Below, piece after piece: positions 28,709 to 38,284 of a DNA stretch of 38,424 nt. Under the pieces are notes generated by a model, which saw nothing but the letters and a program-made list of their open reading frames with translations, was not told the origin of the DNA and did not search any database. A program made the translations under genes and the position numbers. The DNA is taken from assembly GCA_030699355.1 (NCBI GenBank), contig JAUYMZ010000407.1:1-38424 (forward strand). Direction: 5' to 3'. This DNA comes from Bacteroidota bacterium (GTDB lineage: Bacteria > Bacteroidota > Bacteroidia > UKL13-3). The number at the start of each line of letters is the position of its first letter. The first letter of the stretch is position 1.

Positions 28709-28758
28709 TCGTGGTAAACCAATAACATAATATTAAATAGTTTTTGTGCTGAACCGAT

Positions 28759-28822
28759 AATACCGAATGCATATCTGTAATAGTCCAATATAATTGGACT
28801 AAACATCTATTGCGTCGGTATT
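28759..28822. repeat. Long imperfect hairpin between the ORF6N copies
   Basis: Outer stem AATACCGA/TCGGTATT; inner stem TAGTCCAAT-ATA-ATTGGACTA (28781-28801). Confidence 0.65.
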
Positions 28823-28928
28823 TACCATGTATGTTTTGGTCTAAATTATAAATCAAATTGGTATAATTATCATAATACTAGGATAGTAAAGAAGAATTTT
28901 ATATAAAAAGTATGAATATTTTAAATAG

Positions 28929-29229
28929 GGTTTTATTGATGTGGCAAACAGCATCTGTAGCATTAAGAACCAATTAATCGAAAAAAAACTATATGAGTAA
29001 AAAGAATGAGCTTCTAATTCAAGAGCGAATTACAAAGGCTATTTATGTAATTCGCGGACAAAAAGTAATGATAGATAGTGAATTGGCTGAAATGTATGAG
29101 GTAGATACGAAAGTTTTAAATCAGGCAGTAAAAAGAAATATTTCACGCTTTCCCAAAGATTTTATGTTCCAACTTAGTGCCAATGAATGGGAAAACTTGA
29201 GGTCACAAATTGTGACCTCAAGTTGGGGA
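28929..29229 (+). repeat. Direct duplication (~300 bp) of 28118-28423, covering the ORF6N leader and 5' half
   Basis: Near-identical leader (CATCTGTA.CATTAAGAA.CAATTAATCGAAAAAAA.CTATATG) and first 79 codons. Confidence 0.92.
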
Positions 29230-29232
29230 TGA
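28993..29232 (+). pseudogene. Truncated ORF6N paralog (79 aa)
   Basis: Nearly identical to the first 79 aa of 28187-28708. It stops at SSWG*, and the remaining ~94 aa are absent. Confidence 0.8.
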
Positions 29233-29248
29233 GGGAGGAAGTATTTTC

Positions 29249-30913
29249 CTACGACAAATTCACAATTTCGCCATTTACAAAATCGATGATGTTGGCGGCG
29301 GGTTCTTTGGGTAAGCCTGGCATACGCATAATTTCGCCGGCTACTGCTACCACAAAGCCTGCGCCGTTGTTTATTACCAAGTTTTCGATGTGTATGTTAA
29401 AGCCTTCGGCAGCTCCTACTAAAGCGGCATTGTCTGTAAAGCTAAACTGGGTTTTGGCTATACATACAGGCATCGCATCGCCTCCTAATTCTTTGATTTT
29501 TTTGAGCGCAGTCTTGGCGTTCTTGCCAAAAGTAATGCTGCTGCCTTTGTATATTTTGGTGACAATCTTCTTGATTTTTTCTTCAATTGGATCAGCCATT
29601 TCATAGGTGTGTATAATGGGTTTAGACGGATTGTTCTCTACAATCTCCACAACCTTTTTAGCCAATGCCACTGCGCCCTCTCCGCCTTTGGCAAAGCCTT
29701 CGTTAATGGCAAAATGGGCGCCTTTTTCTTTGCACCAATTTTCTATATAACTAATTTCCTCCTCCGTATCAAAGCCAAATTTGTTTAAAGCCAATACCAC
29801 AGTCTGACCAAATTGTTGCAAGTTTTCTATGTGGCGTTCTACGTTTTTAATTCCTGCTTTTAATCCTTCTAAGTTGGGTTGCTTTATTAATTTCTCATCC
29901 ACCTTTCCATGCAATTTAATAGACTGCGTGGTGGTAACCAATACCGTTGCTTTTGGCGCAATACCTGCGGCTCTGCACTTAATGTTTAAGAATTTTTCGC
30001 CCCCTAAATCGCTGCCAAATCCGGCTTCGGTTACGGCGTATTCGCCAAATTGCATGGCTGCTTTGGTGGCCATAATACTGTTGCATCCGTGGGCAATATT
30101 GGCAAAGGGTCCGCCATGTATAAAAGCTGCGCCGCCCTCTATGGTCTGAACCAAATTTGGGTTCACGGCATCTTTCAATAAAGTAACAATGGCACCCGCT
30201 ACGCCTAAGTCTTTTACATAAAAAGGTGTGCCATCGTATTTGTATCCAATTAAAATATTTTCGATGCGTTTTCTTAAATCATCCATCGAAGTAGCCAAGC
30301 AGAAAATGGCCATAATTTCGCTGGCGGGTGTAATATCAAAGCCCGTTTCTGTAGGAATGCCATTGCTACTTCCGTTCAGGCCACTAAGCATGTAACGCAG
30401 ACTTCTATCGTTTACATCCAATACCCTGCGCCATACTATTTGCTTTAAACCATTGGGGTTATTTTTATTAAAATATTGGTAGTTATCTATCAAAGCAGCC
30501 AAGGTATTATTGGCCGAAGTTATCGCATGAAAATCACCTGTAAAGTGCAAGTTGATATCTTCCATGGGCAATACCTGCGAGTAGCCACCGCCTGCGGCGC
30601 CACCTTTCATACCAAAAACCGGACCTAAACTAGGTTCACGCAAAGCTACAATGGCTTTTTTGCCAATTTTATTTAAGCCCTGAGCCAAAGCAACCGAGGT
30701 AGTTGTTTTACCAGAGCCACTTTTGTTTGGAGTAGTGGCCGTAACCAAAATTAAATTACTTTGAGCAATTTTTGCTTCATCCATTTGGTAAGCAACTTTG
30801 GCTTTGTATTTACCGTATTGCTCCAATTGGTCTTCGTTTACACCAATTTTGACTGCAATGTTTTGAATAGGTTCAAGCTTTACTTCACGCGCAATTTCAA
30901 TGTCTGATTTCAT
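29249..30913 (-). CDS. fhs: Formate--tetrahydrofolate ligase
   Basis: MKSDIEIA, GKTTT, LREPSLGPVFGMKGGAAGGG, INLHFTGDFHAI, GPFANIAHGCNS, CIAKTQ and MRMPGLP. Confidence 0.96.
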   Translation of the reverse strand: MKSDIEIAREVKLEPIQNIAVKIGVNEDQLEQYGKYKAKVAYQMDEAKIAQSNLILVTATTPNKSGSGKTTTSVALAQGLNKIGKKAIVALREPSLGPVFGMKGGAAGGGYSQVLPMEDINLHFTGDFHAITSANNTLAALIDNYQYFNKNNPNGLKQIVWRRVLDVNDRSLRYMLSGLNGSSNGIPTETGFDITPASEIMAIFCLATSMDDLRKRIENILIGYKYDGTPFYVKDLGVAGAIVTLLKDAVNPNLVQTIEGGAAFIHGGPFANIAHGCNSIMATKAAMQFGEYAVTEAGFGSDLGGEKFLNIKCRAAGIAPKATVLVTTTQSIKLHGKVDEKLIKQPNLEGLKAGIKNVERHIENLQQFGQTVVLALNKFGFDTEEEISYIENWCKEKGAHFAINEGFAKGGEGAVALAKKVVEIVENNPSKPIIHTYEMADPIEEKIKKIVTKIYKGSSITFGKNAKTALKKIKELGGDAMPVCIAKTQFSFTDNAALVGAAEGFNIHIENLVINNGAGFVVAVAGEIMRMPGLPKEPAANIIDFVNGEIVNLS

Positions 30914-31055
30914 AATTTGTTTGGTATTGTTTAGTGTCAAATTAATGCTTTAAATTTGGAAATAGCAAAGTGTAAAAAGCAATTTCATTTGATTTTTGTC
31001 ATTTTTGGTATTTAAAAAACAAGCTAATGTTTACATTTGAGAAAGTTTAAAAAGA

Positions 31056-33482
31056 ATGGAAATAGCAATTTTGTTATTTGTTGTGGGACTTATGTTTTAT
31101 CACCAAGCGGTGTTAAAAGGGAAACTCGAGTCTATGCATGGCCGAATTTGGGAGGCAGAAAATGCCTTACATGCAATAAAAAGGCAGCTAGAAAAGTCGG
31201 TTCAAACCGAAACCAAAAGCAATATACCGCCACCCCCAACTGAACCCATAAAAGAAGAAGTTGTGGTGCCTCCATTATCTACTTTTAAAACCATTGGTTA
31301 CACAGAAGTAGAAGAAATAGAAATGCAGGTTGAGCCTCCTGTTTCCGAGCCATTGGCTGCCTATGAGCAAACAGAATTGCCTGTTGTTGAAGAGCCAGAA
31401 GAAACGCTTTCGTGGTATGATAAATTTAGCAAAAATAACCCAGATTTGGAGCGATTTATTGGTGAAAATTTAATCAGTAAAATTGGTATTGCCATTTTGG
31501 TTTTGGGCATTGGTTATTTTGTGAAATTTGCCATCGATAAAAATTGGATAAACGAAATTGCCCGCGTAGGAATTGGTATTTTAGCCGGTGGCATTGTGTT
31601 GGGTTTTGCTCATTATTTGCGGGCTCAGTTTAAAGCTTTTAGCAGTGTTTTAGTAGCAGGCGGAATTTCGGTGTTTTACTTTACCCTTGGCATTGCTTTT
31701 CAAGAATATCATATTTTTTCGCAAACCATAACCTTTGTTTTACTTACTGTTGTTACGGCCTTTAGTGTATTTATTTCATTGGCTTATGATAGGCAAGAAT
31801 TGGCCATTTTATCTGTAATTGGCGGCTTTGCCGCGCCGCTTATGGTGAGCACAGGCGAAGGAAATTACATCGTTTTATTTAGCTATTTATTGCTCCTAGA
31901 TGCCAGTTTATTGGTGCTGGCATTTTACAGAAATTGGTCGGTTTTAAACGGCGTTACCTACCTGCTTACTGTTTTAATGTATGGCATTTGGCTGAACCAA
32001 AAAGTGTTGCAACAAGAAGTTTCAGAAGCCATCCCTTACTTGGGAGCATTGCTTTTTGCCGCTGCCTTTTATGTTATATTTACCTTCAGTAATTTAATTA
32101 ATCAGGTAAAAGAAAAGCAAGCTTTTAGGAGCTACGAATTAAGTTTAATTATAAGCAATACTTTTTTGTTTTTTACTTGCGGTATGCTGGTGCTAAACGT
32201 ATATAATCCGCAGCTAAAAGGAATATTTACTTTGCTTTTGGCCCTATTTAATTTTGGCATTACCTATTATATTCATGGCAATACTAAGGTAGATAAAAAT
32301 CTTTTTTACTTATTGGTTGGATTAACCTTAAGCTTTGTTACCCTTGCCGCGCCATTACAATTGGATGGCAATTATATTACCTTGTTCTGGGCGGCCGAGG
32401 CAAGCTTATTATTGTGGTTATCTCAAAAATCGCAGTTGAGCATTTATAGGTTTGTTTCTATTCCTATTTTGCTCTTGGGTATTATAAGCATGCTGATAGA
32501 TTGGAACCAATTGTATGCCGGCGATGAAATTTTACGTCCTGTATTTAATGCAGCTGTTATAAGCTCTGTTAGTATCATCATCAGTTTGTTTGTATACCTA
32601 CGCCTATTAAAACAAGATACAGAACCAAGTTATCATTTTATGGGAATGGCAATGCAACAAGCACAACAAAGCAAATGGATACAATATTTACTTTTGCCAA
32701 TTTTGTATTTCGCAGGCTTTTTTGAATGTCAGTACCACGTGTACACTGTGTTTGAATTTAGCCTACAAGCAGAATCATTTTTGTTGTTGTACCACCTCCT
32801 TTTTGTGAGTATTTTATTTTACCTATACGGCAAACAAAAAGGGTATCTATATGCCAATGTTGTAATGGTGTTGGGATTGCTGAGTTTGGTCGGGTATAGT
32901 TACTATTTTGGCATTGCTTATATCCGTGAAATTAATTTTATCATAGGAGCCAAAGGTGGAACAGCTTATGCCTATTGGGCACATTACCTCTGCCTTGTTC
33001 CGTTTGTGCATCAAATGTTTATTTTGTACCCAATCTTAAAGCAAAAATGGTATACAGCCACGGCTTGGGTATTCACCATTATGTTGTGTTTTTTACTCAG
33101 CGCCGAATTACAATGGCAAGGATTATTCTCTAATTTATCGGAGCTAGTTGCGGCACAAAACTCCTCAGAAGATGCGTATTATTTAGCCGTACAAATGAAA
33201 CAAAGTATGAATAAAACTGCCTTTCCAATTTTGTGGGGATTATTGGCTTTTGTTCTCCTCAGTTTTGGGATTAAACGTGCCTATAAACCGCTGCGTATTT
33301 CGGCCTTGGCCCTAATTGGAATTACCATTTTAAAACTGTTTTTATACGATATCAAAAATGTTTCTGAAGGTGGCAAAATTGCAGCTTTTATTTTGTTGGG
33401 ATTGGTTTTGTTGGTTATATCGTTTACCTATCAAAAAATTAAATCTATCATTTTAGATGAAGAAAGCAAAGCAGATGAATAA
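31056..33482 (+). CDS. DUF2339-family large membrane protein
   Basis: LERFIGENLISKIG, GGFAAP, WAAEA and KLFLYD...KIAAFILLG. Confidence 0.88.
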   Translation: MEIAILLFVVGLMFYHQAVLKGKLESMHGRIWEAENALHAIKRQLEKSVQTETKSNIPPPPTEPIKEEVVVPPLSTFKTIGYTEVEEIEMQVEPPVSEPLAAYEQTELPVVEEPEETLSWYDKFSKNNPDLERFIGENLISKIGIAILVLGIGYFVKFAIDKNWINEIARVGIGILAGGIVLGFAHYLRAQFKAFSSVLVAGGISVFYFTLGIAFQEYHIFSQTITFVLLTVVTAFSVFISLAYDRQELAILSVIGGFAAPLMVSTGEGNYIVLFSYLLLLDASLLVLAFYRNWSVLNGVTYLLTVLMYGIWLNQKVLQQEVSEAIPYLGALLFAAAFYVIFTFSNLINQVKEKQAFRSYELSLIISNTFLFFTCGMLVLNVYNPQLKGIFTLLLALFNFGITYYIHGNTKVDKNLFYLLVGLTLSFVTLAAPLQLDGNYITLFWAAEASLLLWLSQKSQLSIYRFVSIPILLLGIISMLIDWNQLYAGDEILRPVFNAAVISSVSIIISLFVYLRLLKQDTEPSYHFMGMAMQQAQQSKWIQYLLLPILYFAGFFECQYHVYTVFEFSLQAESFLLLYHLLFVSILFYLYGKQKGYLYANVVMVLGLLSLVGYSYYFGIAYIREINFIIGAKGGTAYAYWAHYLCLVPFVHQMFILYPILKQKWYTATAWVFTIMLCFLLSAELQWQGLFSNLSELVAAQNSSEDAYYLAVQMKQSMNKTAFPILWGLLAFVLLSFGIKRAYKPLRISALALIGITILKLFLYDIKNVSEGGKIAAFILLGLVLLVISFTYQKIKSIILDEESKADE

Positions 33483-34716
33483 AGTACTTGCCTCCCTATT
33501 ATTATTTTTTATCGGTCTGAACCCAATCTTTGCGCAAGATTTTTCGCGGGTTTATGCAGTAGAAAAAGTGGAGAAATCTGCTTGGTATAAAATTCCACTA
33601 AATGAAGATTTGTTGGGAAATGCCAAGTTTGATTATACGGATATTAGGCTGTTTTCAACAAATGATTCGTTGCTAGAAATACCCTATCTCCTACAAGAAG
33701 AATTGCCTCAAACCCCTAGCACTTGCTTTGTGCCGTTTGGCATAGAAGTTACCAGTCAAAAAGGGGTGCAGCAAGTTTTGGTTCAAACCGATGGAAGCAA
33801 TTTAAACACTTTGTTGTTAAAGGTAGGTAACCATAAAAATGCCCGTGTCTTTAGTTTGGCTGGCAGCCACGATAAGAAAGAGTGGTTTGGGATTTCTGAT
33901 AGCGAGTTTTTGCCTGTTACCTTACAAAATTTGGAGACTTTTTATTGGCATCGCTTATATTTTCCAAGTACTAAATATGCCTTTTTGCGTTTGCAGTTTT
34001 TAGATTCTACTCAGGCAAAAATTGAAATAATTTCTGTGGGAGGCAGTGTGTTTTCGAAGGCTGAAAAGCAGCCTATTTTACCATTGGTGGGTATCCAATA
34101 TTTAATTGAACATTTGCCCAATAAAACAAGTATGATTAAGGTGTTTTCAAAGCAAAAACAATGGATTCATCAAATGGCATTTAGCATCAAGAATCCAATG
34201 TTTTATTCTCGTGAGGTGAGTTTATATACCAAAGAATTGGTTCAAGCCAAAAGAAGAAAAAAGGTATGGCAAGAAACAGGTGTGGGGCATTTTGAATTGC
34301 GTGCTCATTCTAATCAATCTTTTGCTTTGAACCATTACCTAGACGATACTTTGTATATTGCCATAGATAACCAAGATAATATGCCTTTGCCTATAGCCGA
34401 AATCTTGTTTTTTCAGCGTGCAATTCATTTATTTGCCTATTTGGAGGAAGATAAATTATACTTGCTTAAGTGTGGCAATACAGCCCTTTCAAAACCCCAA
34501 TACGACCTCAGTTCTTTTGCTAAGCTTATTCAAGATTCTGTGGCGCGCAGCCTGCATTATTCTTTGGTTCCTACTACTACTGAAACTCAAATTGCCGTAA
34601 AGGAAGTTCCTTTTTATGAGCAAAAATATTTTTTATGGATATGTATATTCGTGGGGGCAATTACCCTATTTTTCTTTTCTTGGAAATTGCTCCAAGAAAA
34701 GAAAAATGGCGAATAA
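33475..34716 (+). CDS. Hypothetical exported, C-terminally anchored protein (DUF3999-like partner of DUF2339)
   Basis: Signal peptide, DIRL, IDNQDNMPL, PQYDL and a C-terminal TM helix; overlaps the DUF2339 stop. Confidence 0.7.
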   Translation: MNKVLASLLLFFIGLNPIFAQDFSRVYAVEKVEKSAWYKIPLNEDLLGNAKFDYTDIRLFSTNDSLLEIPYLLQEELPQTPSTCFVPFGIEVTSQKGVQQVLVQTDGSNLNTLLLKVGNHKNARVFSLAGSHDKKEWFGISDSEFLPVTLQNLETFYWHRLYFPSTKYAFLRLQFLDSTQAKIEIISVGGSVFSKAEKQPILPLVGIQYLIEHLPNKTSMIKVFSKQKQWIHQMAFSIKNPMFYSREVSLYTKELVQAKRRKKVWQETGVGHFELRAHSNQSFALNHYLDDTLYIAIDNQDNMPLPIAEILFFQRAIHLFAYLEEDKLYLLKCGNTALSKPQYDLSSFAKLIQDSVARSLHYSLVPTTTETQIAVKEVPFYEQKYFLWICIFVGAITLFFFSWKLLQEKKNGE

Positions 34717-34717
34717 C

Positions 34718-35959
34718 TTATTGTAAATTCAGGATGGTTTCTTCTATAATATCGCAGGCCTCGTTTACCTGAGCTTCATTAATAACTAGTGGCGGGGCAA
34801 AACGGATAATATCGCCATGGGTTTGTTTGGCCAATAAGCCATTTTCTTTGAGTGCTTTGCAAACATCGTAGGCTGTTTTGCCATTGCCAAAAGGTTTAAT
34901 GATAATGGCATTTAACAATCCACGACCTCTTACCAAACTAATTAAAGGAGATTTTTCTTTGAGTTTTTCCATACGGGCTCTAAAAATTTGGCCCATTGAA
35001 AAGGCATTCTCTGCTAATTTCTCATCTAATAAAACTTGCAATGCCGCTATGGCAACGGCGCAAGCCAACGGATTTCCACCATAAGTAGAGCCATGTTCGC
35101 CGGGTTTAATGGTAAGCATTACTTCGTTGCTTCCCAAAACAGCCGAAACCGGAAGGGTGCCACCCGATAGTGCTTTGCCTAAAATTAACAAATCAGGTTT
35201 TACATTTTCGTAATTGCAGGCCAACATTTTGCCTGTTCTGCATAAGCCTGTTTGCACCTCATCGGCTATCATTAATACCTTGTATTGGCTACATAATGCT
35301 CTTACCCCTTTTAAATATCCTTCGTCTGGAACCACTACGCCTGCTTCGCCTTGAATGGGTTCAAACATAAATGCAGCAATGTTTGGATTGGCTTTAAAAG
35401 CGTTTTCTAAGGCACTTAAATCATTGTATGGGATAAGGCTAAAACCTGGCATAAATGGTCCGAACCTATCATAACTGCTGGGGTCGCTGCTAGAGCTAAT
35501 GGCGGCCATGGTTCTGCCCCAAAAGTTGCCTTCTACAAACAGCACATGCGCTTGGTTCTCGGCCACTTTTTTAACATCGTAGGCCCATCTTCTGGCGAGT
35601 TTAATGGCAGTTTCGCCTCCTTCTACGCCCGTGTTCATGGGTAGTACTTTGTCGAAACCAAAATAGTGGGTGATATATTTTTCGTATTCTCCTAATAAAT
35701 TATTGTGAAACGCCCTGCTGGTTAGGGTAAGTTTTTGGGCTTGGGTAATGAGTGCATTTACAATACGTGGGTGACAATGCCCTTGGTTTACGGCACTGTA
35801 TGCAGAAAGGAAGTCTAAGTATTTTTTGCCTTCTACATCCCAAACATGCACTCCTTCTCCCTTTTCTATCACCACAGGAAGTGGGTGGTAATTGTGCGCA
35901 CCATGTTCTTCTTCTAGCGCGATATAATAAGCAGCCGATTTTTTTGCTAGTTCATTCAT
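34718..35959 (-). CDS. rocD: Ornithine--oxo-acid aminotransferase
   Basis: [48 protein letters not shown] and [10 protein letters not shown]. Confidence 0.95.
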   Translation of the reverse strand: MNELAKKSAAYYIALEEEHGAHNYHPLPVVIEKGEGVHVWDVEGKKYLDFLSAYSAVNQGHCHPRIVNALITQAQKLTLTSRAFHNNLLGEYEKYITHYFGFDKVLPMNTGVEGGETAIKLARRWAYDVKKVAENQAHVLFVEGNFWGRTMAAISSSSDPSSYDRFGPFMPGFSLIPYNDLSALENAFKANPNIAAFMFEPIQGEAGVVVPDEGYLKGVRALCSQYKVLMIADEVQTGLCRTGKMLACNYENVKPDLLILGKALSGGTLPVSAVLGSNEVMLTIKPGEHGSTYGGNPLACAVAIAALQVLLDEKLAENAFSMGQIFRARMEKLKEKSPLISLVRGRGLLNAIIIKPFGNGKTAYDVCKALKENGLLAKQTHGDIIRFAPPLVINEAQVNEACDIIEETILNLQ

Positions 35960-35991
35960 GCCTCAAAGGTAACACCTAAACCCCTAAGGAA

Positions 35992-36022
35992 CAAAAAAGC
36001 CCCGATAAACGAGGCTTTTTTG
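35992..36022 (-). terminator. Intrinsic terminator of the T9SS cargo gene
   Basis: Minus strand reads CAAAAAAGCCTCG-TTTAT-CGGGGCTTTTTTG. Confidence 0.82.
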
Positions 36023-36039
36023 ATGGGTTATTTCTCTAC

Positions 36040-37305
36040 TTAATTTTTAATGATGCGTTTGGTTTGGGTAGTTTCGCCGTCTTGTATGCGAATAAAATAA
36101 ACTCCTTTGCTTAAATGTTGGGTGTCTATTTCTACTTTTTCATTTACCTCACCTTGGATAGAAATTTTGGTTTTACCTGTAATATCTATTACCTCAGCAG
36201 TAATGGCTCTGTTTAATTGATTAGATTGTAGGCTAATGGTATTGGTAAATGGGTTTGGACTAACACTTATTTCAATCATGTCTGAACCAACTGTTATTAT
36301 TTGAGAATAGCTGCTTTTGCCATCCATGTCGATTTGTTTTAAGCGATAGAATGTTTTGGCTCCATTGATTTGATTATCGAAAAAAGAATACTGAATGCGC
36401 TTTTGGCTATTACCGCGACCAGCTACAAAGCCAATTTTTTCGAAACTTTCGGCATTTTCACTTTTTTCAATTTCAAAACCTTTGTTGTTTATTTCGCTGC
36501 TGGTTGTCCAGCTAAGTTTGTTGCCATTTTCGCTAGCAAAACCTTCAAAGCTGCTTAAGGTAACAGGTAACGGACCATCGTTCCAATTGGTGGCTAAGCG
36601 CATTCCGCCAATTCTTACAGTGGCTGCATTGCTTGCCGAGCCTTGGCGCAAAGATACTCTTCCAATGCTTGGTGAGGCCATATTACTAGTGGCATTAGAA
36701 CAAAACGAAGTTGGTGTGGCAGGCATGCTGCTTGGCACGCCGCTATTAAATACGTATAAATATACAGAATCATCTGTATTTGAGGTGGTCGTATTAAATA
36801 CATAGCGTACCACAAATAGTTGGGTTTGGTTTAAAGCAAAAGAATCTGCAGAATAGGCAGGTGTTTCTGTCCAGCGGTTCATAGCTACTCTGTAATAACC
36901 CGGGCTGCTCAATCTGGCAAACAACCTACCATGCAAATTTGAGGTGCTACTAGATGGTAAAAAGGCTAAAAAATAATCTCCTGCAGTTTGGGCCGAACTA
37001 AAATTTGCCATAAAGCTTAAAAATACTTGTCCGGTGTTTACCCCGCCCGCCAATGTAAGGTCTCTGTATATATCTTGTCCAGAAGTAATAAGATTAGCAG
37101 CTGCACCCATACCAGATGCCACATATCCAGGGTAAACTAAAGCAGGTGTGCTTTTTAAAATAGGGTTGGTAGCAGTAGTGCCAATTTGTGTCCAACCGAT
37201 GCTGGTTAATGTGTCATTTGAGCCAGCAAAATTATCCATTAAATAAGTTTGCGCATACGTATTTGTAAACCCTAAGGTTGTTAAAAATAAGAATAGTTTT
37301 TTCAT
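36040..37305 (-). CDS. Secreted protein with a T9SS type A sorting domain
   Basis: Signal peptide, a PLPVTLSSF Ig-like module (WTTSSEINNKGF, YRLKQIDMDG) and a CTD (SPNP..KGVYFIRI..KRIIKN). Confidence 0.9.
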   Translation of the reverse strand: MKKLFLFLTTLGFTNTYAQTYLMDNFAGSNDTLTSIGWTQIGTTATNPILKSTPALVYPGYVASGMGAAANLITSGQDIYRDLTLAGGVNTGQVFLSFMANFSSAQTAGDYFLAFLPSSSTSNLHGRLFARLSSPGYYRVAMNRWTETPAYSADSFALNQTQLFVVRYVFNTTTSNTDDSVYLYVFNSGVPSSMPATPTSFCSNATSNMASPSIGRVSLRQGSASNAATVRIGGMRLATNWNDGPLPVTLSSFEGFASENGNKLSWTTSSEINNKGFEIEKSENAESFEKIGFVAGRGNSQKRIQYSFFDNQINGAKTFYRLKQIDMDGKSSYSQIITVGSDMIEISVSPNPFTNTISLQSNQLNRAITAEVIDITGKTKISIQGEVNEKVEIDTQHLSKGVYFIRIQDGETTQTKRIIKN

Positions 37306-37496
37306 ATGTGTTTAAAATTAGTGTTTCAAGGCAAAAATCTGTTACAAAGAAAAGGAAAATAGATAAGAAATAGTATCAGATTTTAAATCTCATACTAATT
37401 TAACACAGAAATTTCCTAAAAGTAGGATTCTTTAAAACACTTAATAATGGCTCCCTTAAATATTAACTAACCTTTGTTTTTAGGATTTATAAGAAA

Positions 37497-37766
37497 ATGA
37501 GAGTAGGCATAAAGTTTACTGGTATTAAGGTTGACGGAGATTTAATAATTGATGGGCATCATCGATTTTTGGCGTCTATCTTGGCTGGTTTTGATCTTGA
37601 AAAATTCCCTTCATACAAAACTTCTGTTACTAATTTTATTAAATGGGAAGATGTTGAATTTGTTTATGAAGACTGGGATACAATGGCTAAAATTGAGTAT
37701 TTAAATAGGATAGATGCTGAAAACAATGGAATAACTTTAGAGGAATTAACTGTACTACTAAAATAA
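37497..37766 (+). CDS. ParB/Srx-fold small protein, possibly 5'-truncated
   Basis: IKVDGDLIIDGHHRFLAS motif. The frame stays open only about 10 codons upstream (..RIYKK-M). Confidence 0.55.
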   Translation: MRVGIKFTGIKVDGDLIIDGHHRFLASILAGFDLEKFPSYKTSVTNFIKWEDVEFVYEDWDTMAKIEYLNRIDAENNGITLEELTVLLK

Positions 37767-37784
37767 TTTTTGTAAGTTCGTAAG

Positions 37785-38249
37785 ATGTTAATCTTCTTAG
37801 ATATAGATGGTGTGATGGTTCCAATTAAAAGTTAGAAAAATCCTATTTTATTAAGTGATGGGTTTCCAGATTTTAATGAGAAAGCAGCAATGGTGCTGGG
37901 GAATATTATTGGCAATAACAGCAAATTAATACTAACCACCTCTCATAAAAGTCGTTATTCTGTTTTAGAGTGGAAAAATGTGTTTTAAAAAAGAGGCATT
38001 ATCGTTAATAATATTGATAAATTGGATGAAAGTCCATTTTGTACAAGTAGAAAAGATGAGCTAATAAATTGGTTTAAAACACATTCTGTTGATGAGGAAT
38101 ATATTATAATTGATGATGACAAGTCACTAAACGATTTGCCATCTTATATGAAGAAAAATTTAATCTTGTGTAGTTCTATGATTGGACTAACAGAAGATCA
38201 TCTTAATGAAATAAATTCAGTCTTAAACCAAACCACATCTAAAACTTAA
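37785..38249 (+). pseudogene. HAD-domain protein (HAD_SAK_2-like) with two in-frame stops
   Basis: One frame reads MLIFLDIDGVMVPIKS*(TAG 37833-37835)KNP...LTTSH...WKNVF*(TAA 37986-37988)KRG...YIIIDDD...GLT. Confidence 0.82.
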
Positions 38250-38284
38250 TCCCGCATGGGCGGGACTTCGCTAGCGCTCAGCAC
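38250..38284. repeat. REP-like palindromic element truncated at the IS end
   Basis: TCCCGC-ATGG-GCGGGA hairpin, then CTTCGCTAGCGCTCAGCAC; GC-rich in an AT-rich context. Confidence 0.45.

Noticed and set aside
28720-28747. dif/pdif-like site (…TAACATAA-TATTAA…)
   Set aside because: Only part of a XerD-like arm matches and there is no convincing XerC arm, in AT-rich DNA.
28187-29232. ORF6N duplicate as a DGR template/variable repeat pair
   Set aside because: The mismatches are not adenine-specific (G/C, T/C and others), and there is no reverse transcriptase in the window.
29187-30149. Plus-strand ORFs 29187-29606 and 29829-30149, and similar short antisense ORFs throughout the track
   Set aside because: They are shadow ORFs opposite well-supported genes, with no motifs.
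37785-38249. Stop-codon recoding in the HAD gene
   Set aside because: Two different stops are involved (TAG and TAA), and both serve as normal terminators elsewhere in the window.
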